From contig JALMLS010000448.1 of the NCBI GenBank assembly GCA_038496445.1, positions 1 through 64,000 of the forward strand: DNA of 64,000 nucleotides. Reading direction: 5' to 3'. The position numbers and the translations under genes were made by a program. Below, piece after piece: positions 1 to 12,923 of this stretch (the first letter of the stretch is position 1; each line of letters starts with the position of its first letter). The notes under the pieces were generated by a model. It saw nothing but the letters and a program-made list of their open reading frames with translations. It was not told the DNA's origin and did no database searches. The stretch is from Trichosphaerium sp. ATCC 40318. Taxonomy: Eukaryota; Protista; Tubulinea.

Positions 1-1028
1 CATAATCCAATCATAGAAGAGGATACTGCCCTTGGCCTGAGGGTTTGAATCAGATTGTTTATCTAATAATAAATTGAGGTGAAGAGCAACAAAGTACGAA
101 ATATGCCATTCATTTTGTTTTCGCATCCAACAGTTCGAGAGACAGTGTTGTTTAATCACTTGTCTAGGGCAGAGGTATAGAACTAAACAGCCTTCCACAA
201 GGAGTTAATACTATTGCCATTGGCGGCTATTTTCAAAAGGTGCTTGCTTCTTTGTTTATAACAAAACCTCAAAGAGTCGTACTAACTTTGGTAGGCATGG
301 TATTGTGTCATGCAAGAGTATATGCGACCTTCCGTAGAATCAATATGCCGTGGCTTACGTCAAATAACTTTTGAGGAAAGCAACATGCAAGGTAAGTTTT
401 AATTTACAACAAGTTTCTTTTTTAACAATTTATCTAGCTCGACAATCGTTTAACAACACAAGTGGCATTGAAGAACTTGAACGTAAAGTTTTCTTTAATT
501 GATCCTCTCGTACTACGACGTATAGTAATTCCCGCCGGGGTGTGCAATGTAGACACGTAAAGGTACGCCTAATGGATCAAACAGAAAACCACGTGAATAT
601 CTGTTACGATATGGTTCGCTTAACTCTACTTGGTCGTTTTTAATCTGGTTATTGGTCTAATGAGTTGTTATGTTTCGATGTTTGGCGTATGGCTTGAGAT
701 GAATCAACGTTCAAATAATTGGCAATGCCCTATTTGTTCCAAATCAGTATTGTTCCATCAAGTCGTTGTAGATTATTACTTTGCCAAAATATTACAAGAT
801 GTTCCTGGTAACGAGGTTATAATAAGACCAGATGGTAGCTATGGCTCCACTAGTGCTATTCAAGCGCATGATAGAAACGGAGGTGGCGAATATATCAGAC
901 CAATCAAGAAGCCAAAATGTGTAACAATCGACTTAACACTAGATGACAGTGATGATGATGACGACTACACGATGCAATCAGACGATCTACAAGATAGTTA
1001 CTCAATGACATCACTCACTCTACAGTAA
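1..1028 (+). pseudogene. Frameshifted partial copy of the SP-RING/MIZ SUMO ligase gene (duplicate or assembly error)
   Basis: Encodes WQCPICSK...VTIDLTLDDSDDDD as in the 7373 copy; indels break the frame upstream. Confidence 0.7.
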
Positions 1029-1495
1029 CCACATAGCCCAAGAATGACATGATGCATCAAACACATCAAGTCATTTCAAGTGGTTGTTGTACCTAATAAA
1101 CTCTTTATTCTCACATTGTTCAATATGGTAACCACATAATAGTGTAAACATACATTGCGCCTCTAGGTTCTCAAAGATACTCACAGCGAGCAGAAAAACA
1201 ATCAATGTACACTGTCGCTGCATGTACCTTACAATCAGAACATGAGCTTAATTCGCTTAAACTGTTGCTACTTAACAACGTAGGATTTTCCGGATTATTA
1301 TCGATACGTTCGTACACCATGTGTAAGGCTCTGTTGCCTCAAGAGTAATTCTAAGTTAGCACAGTTTTCAACTTACTTGTACTTCGTACTCACAATGTGA
1401 GATCTGTCGAGTAGGTTTTTTTTACCTGAATGAACAACAAAAAGATAGCACGACTTTTAGCACTGAACAAAGAATGTGCAAGTGAATTTTGCTAT

Positions 1496-2416
1496 TTATT
1501 GACTATCACGCTTTGCACAGTTGCCACCGTTAGGATTACAGTACAGGTTTGGCATTAGCCTTCCAGTCCATTTTGCTCTTAATCCAGCGATAGCATTATG
1601 GTTTGAGGATTGATCCCAAAAGCTAAATCCAAACTTTTCTCGATGAAAAAATGGACCAACATGTCCTCCCCAGAATCCCTCTCTAATTAAAAATTATTGC
1701 ACAAAGAGCGAGAGACCACTTTAGAGACCAAGGAATGTTTGACTTCGAAGCACCAAAAACACCTTCAGAGCCCGCTACAGTAGTACATGGAGGGAGTGCC
1801 CAGGAGGCAAGTACGGTACTTTATCTGCAGGTGAAAAGGTGAAGGAATGAAAGTAGCCACAGTGCGAGTTTCCAGATCCTTGGCAAGGACCGTATGCGCT
1901 CCCTGTAGTACCAGGGTATGCAGCGTCCCACATTGTAGTTTTCCTCCTGCGTTGTTGGCCCCACAAGGCACGAGCGAACATACAATGATCCTTCTTCACT
2001 TGTCTATCAGCACTAGTGTATCCTAAACAATGTTAGCTGCTACCAAACTGAAAACATGCCACAACTGCGATCAAAAAACGTACCAACAAGTGCTCTAACA
2101 TGGTTAATAGCAATACGATGCCATTCATCGACTTCTGCTTTGGTTTGGGTTTTTGTCATGTCGCAAAAGGTTGATGTTGGTAGAACACCTCACGAATGCC
2201 TCTGATGCGATCGACACTTGGACAAATAGCTTTCCAGAATGCTCTTTTAGACATTTTAGAAGGGTCATATGTTGTTACACCATCCCATCTAGAGTGACGC
2301 CATGCATTTTGTGAGATCCAACCGACACCGTCAGGATCATGAGCGGTGTTTACTCCTGAAATCGCTTTTGCGTTCATTATGGACCAATCTGCTTGTTTTG
2401 GGGTGTATTGTACAAC
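1496..2416 (-). pseudogene. 5'-truncated, frameshifted copy of the secreted protein gene at 5881-6902
   Basis: Same peptide blocks as 5881-6902 but lacks the signal-peptide exon and has several frameshifts. Confidence 0.7.
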
Positions 2417-2544
2417 GCAAATCATCATCAACACGTGATGCTATAAATATAGATGACGATGATGATGAAGAGAAAATGTTGCAAGAGGCTATTAAAAGAT
2501 CTCTAAGCGTTGAATGTAAAAAAAGAAATTTTTATTTCAGGTAA
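2417..2544 (+). other. Orphan 3' exon encoding a ubiquitin-interacting motif (UIM)
   Basis: DDDDEEKMLQEAIKRSL matches the UIM consensus (acidic-x-L-x-x-A-L/I-x-x-S); it begins right at the duplication junction. Confidence 0.55.
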
Positions 2545-2889
2545 CTCATGTCTTTAAACGTCATTTGAAATAGTTTTTATACTAGCATTCTAAAGAGTAA
2601 CTGGCACATTGTCATACCTGCGCCACAAGTTTCCTGTAAGAACTTGTGTCAAGCTTTTTTCTCTCAACATTTCTGGAAAAAAGTGATTGCTTGTACGCAG
2701 TTTTCGCCTAGAAAGTGACCCTAAACAAAACTCTGACAACAGGAGCACCACGATATTGTTAATCGCAGCCACGGACTTTTCTATGTAATTCTAGAGTGAT
2801 TGTCTGTGCCACGTGACAGCTTTGCAACGTCGCTTATTACGTGAACAGTTACTTAGCTGTAGCCACTTAATAATAAAGAGCCAACGTTG

Positions 2890-3281
2890 ATGGCATCCCA
2901 AGAAGCTAAAATACGCCTGAAAAGAGTGAAGAAGCTCCCGGGCAATAATTATTGTGCAGATTGCGGCCAGCCAAGTAAGCTTCTGTTTGAAGTTAATAAC
3001 TTATCATTTCGCAGACCCTAACTGGGCAAGTGTTACTTATGGCATTCTTATTTGGAAAACATAGAAGTCTTGGTACACATATTACTCGGGTAAAGAGTTT
3101 GGACTTGGATAAATGGAACGAACAGTATCTATGTAAAATGGAAAACAATGGCAACCAAGTTGCAAATTCTGTGCTTGAAGAAAAATATACGGAGAATTGT
3201 GGAATATCAAGGAGCAGTAGAGCTTTTTTTCAAGCTAAATACGATTGTAAACAATGGATGAGAAAACCACGTGTTTCTTGA
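2890..3281 (+). pseudogene. ArfGAP-domain gene, frameshifted, with the second CxxC missing
   Basis: MASQEAKIRLKRVKKLPGNNYCADCGQP, intron, PNWASVTYGILI, then a frameshift into GKHRSLGTHITRVKSLDLDKW...GNQVAN. Confidence 0.75.
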
Positions 3282-3476
3282 AAAGAAAATAAAATGCTAT
3301 TAATTTGAAACTGTGCTCTAGTACAAGACGTACGTATTTGAATGTCAATATCTGCGTAAAATATCAGTAACAACTATTACTGCAACAAAACTCGAAAAAG
3401 TTACATTGAGTCATCAAATTCTTTAATATTGGCCCTTGTAGTTAATACTGTTTATCACCTCAACTCTATTGCTCAT

Positions 3477-4184
3477 TCAACAAGCCATAGAATACTGCGT
3501 TGTCATAGTCTTTTTACCATCAACGTATACACCCTTTTCGCGTATTTGGCCGTTATCATACCATTTCTTGTATTCTCCTTGTTGTACATTATTAACAAAA
3601 TTGCATTTTGTACACAATTGGTCATTGTAATGCCATTCCTTGTAGTTTCCTTGTTGCCTACCATCAACGAACATTTGTTGTCTCCGCAATCGTCCATTGG
3701 CATACCATTCCTTGTAGTCTCCTTGTAGTATACCACCAACGTATGTAAATTGCCTGCTCAATTTGCCGTTGTCATGCCAACACTTGTATTCACCTTGTAC
3801 TTTACCATCAACGAAATTGCAGTGTATGAACAATTGTCCGCCATCATACCAGTCTTTGAATTCTCCTTGTAGCATATCATCAACATAATAGCATTGCCTA
3901 CGCAATTGGCCGCTGTAAAACCAGCCAAAACCATACCCTTGCTTATCTAATGCTTGCTTTTTGTGATACAGTAACCATTTACCATGTTTCAATAGATTCT
4001 CATCATAACGAACTAGAGCAGCTTGTTTACATAGCAGAGGCCATTTTATATACATCTCAACATCTAACTCTGAAATATTCATGTGTAGCTCAACTGGCAA
4101 CTGTAATAAACCGTATTGCTCTAATTCTATTTTTTTCTCCTGATTCTGGTTAACTTGGCAGCATAGAAAAGAAGCATACGTCAA
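3477..4184 (-). CDS. F-box-like + MORN-variant (YwqK-like) repeat protein
   Basis: LLQLPVELHMNI F-box-like segment followed by repeats of the form G.yk.Wy.NGql....yv.Gk; true start uncertain. Confidence 0.8.
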   Translation of the reverse strand: MTYASFLCCQVNQNQEKKIELEQYGLLQLPVELHMNISELDVEMYIKWPLLCKQAALVRYDENLLKHGKWLLYHKKQALDKQGYGFGWFYSGQLRRQCYYVDDMLQGEFKDWYDGGQLFIHCNFVDGKVQGEYKCWHDNGKLSRQFTYVGGILQGDYKEWYANGRLRRQQMFVDGRQQGNYKEWHYNDQLCTKCNFVNNVQQGEYKKWYDNGQIREKGVYVDGKKTMTTQYSMAC

Positions 4185-5880
4185 GGCACCGTTTTGTCAT
4201 TATTTAATTCAATAAAGTTTGTTTTTTCAGTAACACGTGATAAATCGTTGAAACGAAATTTGCCGTATTATAAGTCAAAAAAGTTAGCGAACTATTTTTA
4301 AATTTCACTGACCAGTCAGGTCACGACCAGGATTACAACAATGGAAGCTAGAGTTGTTGTAGTGGGCAAATGAAGGGGACAGAGTCTAGCGGCGACTGAG
4401 CACCATAACCCAGTTGTCTCCCTTTCTGGCATACAGTTCAATATCACTTTGACATTTTTTCGACCCTTTTTTTGAAATAGCAATCTTATACCTGAACATG
4501 TTGCTCAATCCCGACCCTTTTTAAAAGACCTAAGACCTTTGCTTTTCTTGCAAGGCCCAGTCTGTTTCCTACGTAAATCACGGTGTGTAAGACGATGAAA
4601 AATGGTCACCTCAAACATAATCATTTACACTCCAACACCCATAGAGGCCAGAAAACTGAATAAATTCAAATAGAAAATAAAGTTAATGGTCCTTGGTACA
4701 CAGGTGAATCTTTACGCCATAAACCATTTACAATCTAGTGCATTATTCAGCCGCTTAGAGCTGTCATGGACTTGCTGTAATTATTCATGACGTTATTGTA
4801 TAGAGCGATGTATAAGAGCACAAATTCAAAAGGCAGCTAGATGATCAAGACTTTTTAAACACTACGTAGAACTATAATACAAGACAGGCTCTTGGCGATT
4901 TGGCAAATGTACATGAGGTCAGATTAAACTAACAACAACTTGTTTGACGCAAGTCGATTACAACTTGATGTTTCTATTATGTAACAAAGGCACACGTTGA
5001 TGGCTACTATTCAAAGATGTTGGGTTTACATTCCTCAATAACGCCCTAGGGAATATCATAGCTACAGTGCTGGTTATTGAAATACAGTGAGATGAGTGCA
5101 CGGAGGGTTATTTATCACGTGACAAGAAAACCAAAATAAAAAAGATCGAAATACTGAAAACGAATAAGTTGGCAACAAGCCTCTCATGGATTATGTTGAG
5201 GTCAATATGCTAAATACTGCGAAATGAGTGTTATTCTAACAAGTAATAAAATGCAGTAAAAATGCAGTTTTCTTTTTATCGTAGCTCCGATATTTTATAA
5301 CGCCATCACGTGTTAATCGAGGTGACGATGTGTTATTGTATGATGCGCGATTACGTTATGTAATTGAAGATTGATTATGGACATGAATTGCGTTTGAAAA
5401 CAAAAAACTGTGGTGTATCTAAAAATACTCGCTTGGTCATAACATCAATAAATATTGTCTAGTTGGCTGTGGATTCAGCGTAAAGTACAATCTACCTATA
5501 TTTACATCAAGCTTATTTTACCTATGGAATCATACATTGCGATGATTATTTCGGTACTGCACGAGTACCCAATTTTGTTTTACGTCTATACCCAATGGAA
5601 TGATTTTCATAAGACCATCTGATCTTCATTGTTCTATATGGTAGCTTGTTGACGCCAGACTATCGATTATTAGTCCGATAAATAGCGTCACACTAGCTAC
5701 AGCTAGCAAGTGCGCTTTATTTGTTGGAATAACAGTTTAGTATGTACAACAATTTATAACGCGATTAGTAATATTGTGCACGGGTAAAACTCGACATTTT
5801 TCAGACTACATTATCACTAATACAATTATCAAACAAACAACACTTCAAAACAACAACACGTGATAACACCTATTACTGAA

Positions 5881-6902
5881 ATGAAATTTACCTCAGGTAC
5901 ATATCAACGAAAATAGAAATTTGTACTGCGAGGATTCTAACTCTTTGATAGCAACGTTACTACTATGTATATATGTACTGTCTACTGCAGCAACAGCTGT
6001 TGTACAATACACCCCAAACCAAGCAGATTGGTCCATAATGAACGCAAAAGCGATTTCAGGAGTAAACACCGCTCATGATCCTGACGGTGTCGGTTGGATC
6101 TCACAAAATGCATGGCGTCACTCTAGATGGGATGGTGTAACAACATATGACCCTTCTAAAATGTCTAAAAGAGCATTCTGGAAAGCTATTTGTCCAAGTG
6201 TCGATCGCATCAGAGGCATTCGTGAGGTGTTCTACCAACATCAACCTTTTGCCGACAATGCAAACCCAACCAAAGCAGAAGTCGATGAATGGCATCGTAT
6301 TGCTATTAACCATGTTAGAGCACTTGTTGGTACGTTTTTTGATCGCAGTTGTGGCATGTTTTCAGTTTGGTAGCAGCTAACATTGTTTAGGATACACTAG
6401 TGCTGATAGACAAGTGAAGAAGGATCATTGTATGTTCGCTCGTGCCTTGTGGGGCCAACAACGCAGGAAAACTACAATGTGGGACGCTGCATACCCTGGT
6501 ACTACAGGGAGCGCATACGGTCCTTGCCAAGGATCTGGAAACTCGCACTGTGGCGCTACTTTCATTCCTTCACCTGCAGATCAAGTACCGTACTTGCCTC
6601 CTGGGCACCCTCCATGTACTACTGTAGCGGGCTCTGAAGGTGTTTTTGGTGCTTCGAAGTCAAACATTCCTTGGTCTCTAAAGTGGTCTCGCTCTTTGTG
6701 CAATACTTTAATTAGAGAGGGATTCTGGGGAGGACATGTTGGTCCATTTTTTCATCGAGAAAAGTTTGGATTTAGCTTTTGGGATCAATCCTCAAACCAT
6801 AATGCTATCGCTGGATTAAGAGCAAAATGGACTGGAAGGCTAATGCCAAACCTGTACTGTAATCCTAACGGTGGAAACTGTGCAAAGCGTGATAGTCAAT
6901 AA
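5881..6902 (+). CDS. Secreted Cys/Trp-rich protein, possibly distant CAP/SCP fold (3 exons)
   Basis: ATG 5881; introns 5897-5951 and ~6330-6390; signal peptide MKFTSATLLLCIYVLSTAATA; AINHVRALVG and GGHVGPF resemble CAP motifs. Confidence 0.8.
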
Positions 6903-7372
6903 ATAGCAAAATTCATGTGCACATTCTTCGTTCGGTGCTAAAAGTCGTGCTATCTTTTTGTTGTTCGTTCAGGTAAAAAAAACCTGCTCGACAGATCTCA
7001 CATTGTGAGTACGAAGTACAAGTAAGTTGAAAACTGTGCTAACTTAGAATTACTCTTGAGGCAACGGAGCCTTACACATGTACGAACGTATCGATATTAA
7101 TCCGGAAAATCCTACGTTGTTAAGTAGCAACAGTCTAAGCGAATTAAGCTCACGTTCTGATTGTAAGGTACATGCAGCGACAGTGTACATTGATTGTTTT
7201 TCTGCTCGCTGTGAGTATTTTTGAGAACCTAGAGGCGCAATGTATGTTTAAACTATTATGTGGTTACCATATTGAACAATGTGAGAATAAAAGAGTTTAT
7301 TAGGTACATAACAACAACCACTTGAAATGACTTGATGTGTTTGATGCATCATGTCATTTTTGGGTTATGTGG

Positions 7373-9225
7373 TTACTGTAGAGTGAGTGACGTCATTGAG
7401 TAACTATCTTGTAGATCGTCTGATTGCATCGTGTAGTCGTCATCATCATCACTGTCATCTAGTGTTAAGTCGATTGTTACACATTTTGGCTTCTTGATTG
7501 GTCTGATATATTCGCCACCTCCGTTTCTATCATGCGCTTCAATAGCACTAGTGGAGCCATAGCTACCATCTGGTCTTATTATAACCTCGTTACCAGGAAC
7601 ATCTTGTAGTATTTTCGCAAAGTAATAATCTACAACGACTTGATGGAACAATACTGATTTGGAACAAATAGGGCATTGCCAATTATTTGAACGTTGATTC
7701 ATCTCAAGCCATACGCCAACATCGAAACACTAACAACTCATTAGACCAATAACCAGATTAAAAACGACCAAGTAGAGTTAAGCGAACCATATCGTAACAG
7801 ATATTCACGTGGTTTTCTGTTTGATCCATTAGGCGTACCTTTACGTGTCTACATTGCACACCCCGGCCGGGAATTACTATACGTCGTAGTACGAGAGGAT
7901 CAATTAAAGAAACTTTACGTTCAAGTTCTTCAATGCCACTTGTGTTGTTAAACGATTGTCGAGCTAGATAAATTGTTAAAAAAGAAACTTGTTGTAAATT
8001 AAAACTTACCTTGCATCTTGCTTTCCTCAAAAGTTATTTGACGTAAGCCACGGCATATTGATTCTACGGAAGGTCGCATATACTCTTGCATGACACAATA
8101 CCATGCCTACCAAAGTTAGTACGACTCTTTGAGGTTTTGCTATAAACAAAGAAGCAAGCACCTTTTGAAAATAGCCGCCAATGGCAATAGTATTAACTCC
8201 TTGTGGAAGGCTGTTTAGTTCTATACCTTTGCCCTAGACAAGTGATTAAACAACACTGTTTCTCGAACTTTTGGATGCGAAAACAAAATGAATGGCATTG
8301 TTTCGTACTTTGTTGCTCTTCACCAATTTATTATTGATAACAATCTGATTCAAACCCTCTGGCCAAGGGCAGTACCCCTCTTCAATGATTGGATTATGAT
8401 TGAAACACCTCAGTACATAACACTTGCCACCGGGAGGTACAGTAAAAGTACGACTATACGTTCCAGATCGATTAATGTACAACCAACAAGGAACTGTTGA
8501 GGTGGTGATATGAAATGGATCACGTGGGTCAGGTTGCAGCATTACGTTCAAGATACCTTGAGGTATACTGCTCGTTAAAGTACCTCTATTATTTAAGGTA
8601 GTAGTTCTCGGAACAAAACGTTGTGGTTGAGGCGTTGAACACGCTTTTCGTGTGGGTCCAAATGCAGAACCATGCACCGCTTGCTGAGAAGGTGCTGGTT
8701 GGGGTATGAATACTGATTCAGGAACAAATAAATGTTGCCGACCAAGAGTAATAGGTGAAGGTCTTGGAAAGGCTCTACAACCGTAAAAAGTGTACTTTGG
8801 CCCTCGAATTGTTTGTGCACTGATTGATTGTTAACCAAAAAAAAGATTATAGCACGTGCCTTAGAGCTTCAATTCTAGCGCATACATCATAGACGTCTTT
8901 AATAGGTAGCCCAGCGTGATATTCACCAAGCTTATTATATAAAGCGATTACTAGTCTTTCACATAGTTCTGCCTTTAGCAAAGCGCTGTAGCCATTTGGA
9001 TCGTGTCCTAGACAGCTTCAAAGAAGCTAGTCAGTTATGGACTGAAATAAAAGCAAGGTAGCACTCACCGTAGGCAATCATTTACTTCATCTTTTCTTAG
9101 CGATTTTCGTACAACATCCTTTTCAAAGTTAGACAGTTCACCGTATAAGAATACGAGCGTACAATAAGTAGATTAAAGTTAATTGCTTCTTCGAGCTCTG
9201 GTCTTGTGAGAGTATGTCGTGCCAT
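7373..9225 (-). CDS. PIAS/SIZ1-like SP-RING (MIZ) zinc-finger SUMO E3 ligase, multi-exon
   Basis: VSLIDPLVLRRIVIPGRGVQCRHV..CFD...WQCPICSK SP-RING; SUMO-interacting motif VTIDLT followed by an acidic tract; SAP-like N-terminal exon. Confidence 0.85.
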
Positions 9226-9775
9226 TTTTTATTTTTGATCTATTTTTAGATCAATCTTAACGTTAGAAGAAAAATTTGATTGAAACGTTTCAATAGATTG
9301 AACATCAAAAAAAAACCCTCAAGTGCGCAGTCTTTTTGTACGTCACCGGTTGTTTTAACGTTGGGTAAACCCATACAAATGAGCTTCTTGGTTTTAACAC
9401 AAATAGAAAGAAGTAGGTACAAATTATTAGTTAACTTACGTTAGAAATAAGGGCGTACTGTAGGATGTACTATTTTATGAGTGTTATAGTTATGGTAACC
9501 CAAGAGTAGTTGTAAACCAGTTGTGAACTATTTAGAAATTCTCATCGATCTTAAGTACATTAAGCGATTTCGTTAGTTTAGATTGATTATCTGCTCGTGA
9601 ATTCTCATGAACTTTGCTCCGTATATTGACGGTAAGATTGAATCAGCGATGAATGTAATAAGTGCTTATGGGTGTAGCAGGAACAATGTTGTGGTTAACC
9701 TCGTTGTTGTACAAAAAGTTGTTTACTGAATTAAGTTACAAGTTGTCTTTCTCATTTTTTACTTCTGGAAGATCG

Positions 9776-12589
9776 CTAATACAGTGGAATCCACATCATA
9801 TAACTGAATACAGTAGCTACAACAGAAGCAAGTATAAGATGAAGTACAGAAAATAAAGCCCAAACAGGGAAGCCACCAAGAACTAGAGGATCACTGTCAC
9901 CGCTCACTCTGTACACAGGAACCAACATAATACATAGGAATGGTACTAAAAATATATACCATATCCAGCTAGGCGTTCCATTGTGCAAGTTCTTATCGAT
10001 TACAGGTTGTACAGTAAACATCGACTTATGGGGAGCGACAATATTGTCAATAAGATCCTGTAGAAAGAAGGTAAATTAAAGGAAATGATTTGTTAAAATT
10101 GGGAAAAAGAAAACAAAGAGCAAAGTTTACCGTGTCTTCCGCAGGTTCCTCTTGTTCTTCATCAGAATCTTTTGCTGTTTTCATCATTTCGGTAATAAGT
10201 ACGTTATCTGCTGTCTTTGTGAGGTCGTTCTAGCATAGATAAGCAAGATATCACGCAAAGAAAAATCAAAGGCATACCTCTTGGTAAATACCATGAAGCT
10301 CTGCATGACTTTCTTTTCCCTTTACTATACGAATAACAAGCTTGCCGATAACAATTACTACACAATTCGCTACAAGTGCAAATAATCCAGCATCAAGACC
10401 ATACGGTTGCGGGTTATTAGAGAATTGAACACCAGCAAAAACTACAAGAGCTACAACAATACCACTAAGCATTACTGTCCAATGCAATACTAAGAATAAA
10501 ATAAGAATTAAAATGTCAAACACAAACACAAAACCCTGCCTAATGTGTACCTACTGTCGGGAACATACAACCAAGGAGTAGTGCTGGGAAGGCGAATAAA
10601 ATTAAACCACGTCCGAGTACAAATATTTCTGTCAGGTTCAAAGGATACACAGTTGAAGCCAAAACAGCAGTTGCTAAGATAACAATACTGAACGCTTTGC
10701 CATAAATCAATTGACGTTTTTGTGACGTGTTACGTGAGAAGTACTATAAGTTTTTGGAATTACTAAGAGTTGTTGTAGTGAGTGGATTAAGGTACGTGCC
10801 TGGATGAAGTCAATGACAAACACGGATGAGATTGAAAGAATGTGTGCATCTATTGTTGACATCAAGGCAGCAACAATTCCCGATATAAGAATGGCAACTA
10901 ACCAATAATACCATCCTCCAGACTCTACTAAATCTCTACATACAAGTGCCAGTACTTGATCAGAGTCTGCATCAGGAAGTTCAAAGGCGTATTTGTAAGC
11001 GCCAATGATGCCTTGTACTCAAAGTAAGCGATTGTTGCTTTATCGAAACTAAAATAAGTGGTTCTTTGTTTTGTTATATTACCAATAAATATTGGACCTA
11101 ATTGTACTACATACGCAATCCTAAAGAAATTAGAAGGCCACCATTTATCAAAGTTCCATCAAACTTTCCAATTAGCAAGTTGTTTTTAATTAAAATTAAG
11201 TACTTGCCATGCACCGCCCCATATCATTGATGCTTGTAGTATCTTTTCAGATTTAGCTGCATATATCCTTACGATTGTTGTTGGAGATACTATAAATTAA
11301 ATAGTTGGTCAGTAGTTACCAAGGAAACATCAAGATCGGGTTAAGTTTTTTCGAAAACCTTGCAAAATAGAAAAGAATTCGTACCTCCTTGCATTGATAT
11401 AATATTAAATGATATCCAAGCCACTAGCCATGTTAAATTGTACGCTATCAAACTTTAATTTAAAAAATCACGTGCCTTTGGTAGCAACATCTGGGACGTT
11501 TGTCAAAGCGTCCTTGTTTATTTGCAAATACTCCATCGCATTTTGCAGTCCACCCATTGGTCCAGCTATCACAATATATAAAAGTACTGATGCAGTTCCA
11601 AGTATTATTCCCTATATAAACGTTATATAATATTCATCATTGGTAAATCTTTGATAGGCACCTGTAAGACATCTGTCCATGCGACACTGCGCATTCCTTT
11701 TTTTGGTTTTACAAAACAATTTACAATTACCAGTAGCGCACCTCCAAGGGTTTGATATATGAGTAAAATGGTACATAGAAAAGCAACTCCGTATAGTGCA
11801 GGTATACCAAGGAAACCTTCAACAAAATCACCCATAGCTCTAGAAATTAAAAACCTTAGTTGATTGTCCTTTTTTTATTTATTTTTTCTGACACATTGTC
11901 TTTTTTCTTACCGTAGATTTCCCATAATGGCTACCAGATGATATATAATAAAACACGACGCAATAACCAAGCGAAATATATTAGATTGATAACTAAACAC
12001 GTGACCTGTCAAAAAAAAGGAAGTATAAAATCGTTTGAGGTACCGAAAGTAGTAAAAAGATGTAGGCGAAACAAAGTTATATTTTCTGGAGTATCTGTAA
12101 ACAACTGGAGCCTAGAAGAAAATCAATTAGTGAACTAGCGTCTTTTCACTATATACAATGAATGTAAGACTTATAGGCCATAGAGAATACCCAACAAGCC
12201 ATCGAAGAGCTGTAAAACCTAAAATCACGTGTCAGACTTAAAAAGGTACATCAAATCGCCAACCAGTTCTAAACGCGTCTCCAGAGACGCCTATAAGCGC
12301 GAAACCTGATACATATGAAGCATAAATAGTCAGAGTTAGTGACAACAACCCTAACTTTCCTCTAGCCGCGTAGTGATCCGCTGAAAAGAAGGGTCATGTT
12401 AGTTTAGAAAAATCAAGCGAAAAAGGAAAACAGTTTTACATTTTAGTTGTTTGTTTGTTATTTTACAGCAAACGCACCTGTGCTGTTCTTAGTTTTAAAA
12501 AAGCGCCCAACTACGCCAATACATAGTAAAGCAGCCAAATAAAACCCTAATACTACGTATACACCAACACCAACATCAAAAATAGCCAT
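9776..12589 (-). CDS. Sodium:solute symporter (SSS/SLC5-like) with a fused C-terminal 2-TM module
   Basis: MAIFDVGVGVYVVLGFYLAALLCIG start; GMRSVAWTDVLQ SSS signature; AALMSTID; many TM-encoding exons. Confidence 0.85.
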
Positions 12590-12923
12590 TGTAATGATGT
12601 GCAATGTGAGTACAACGTGCCGACGCCTGAGGACTTAACCGTCACAAGAAAAATACACAGGATACCATTCGATAGAGAAAGCGCATTGCTAGATAGCCAT
12701 GTGAAGATGTTAAAGAATCTTAGATGCGACATTTTCATTACAAAAATCCCAAAATTGTCAAGTCGTGTTTCAGTCTAATTGGAATCGATTAAACAGATAA
12801 ACGCACGCTTGAGGCTATACCAAAACCAGGTACGACGCGGATTAACGCTTTTCAGCAACGCCAAACATTATTACGGCTGGCACTCTCGCTACATGCTTAC
12901 AAGTGCCTAGGGTAGCGCTAGTA

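Larger units (their letters stand above)
1..2416. repeat. Inverted duplication of 5999-8398, carrying degraded copies of the PIAS/SIZ 3' part and of the secreted CAP-like gene
   Basis: 1..2416 is the reverse complement of 5999..8398. ORF 630..1028(+) matches 7373..7702(-); ORFs at 1775-2434(-) match 5921-6902(+). This copy has extra indels and some substitutions (e.g. IQAH vs IEAH). Confidence 0.95.

Noticed and set aside
4368-4410. SECIS-like ATGA...GA
   Set aside because: Spacing and apical AA do not fit, and there is no upstream selenoprotein ORF
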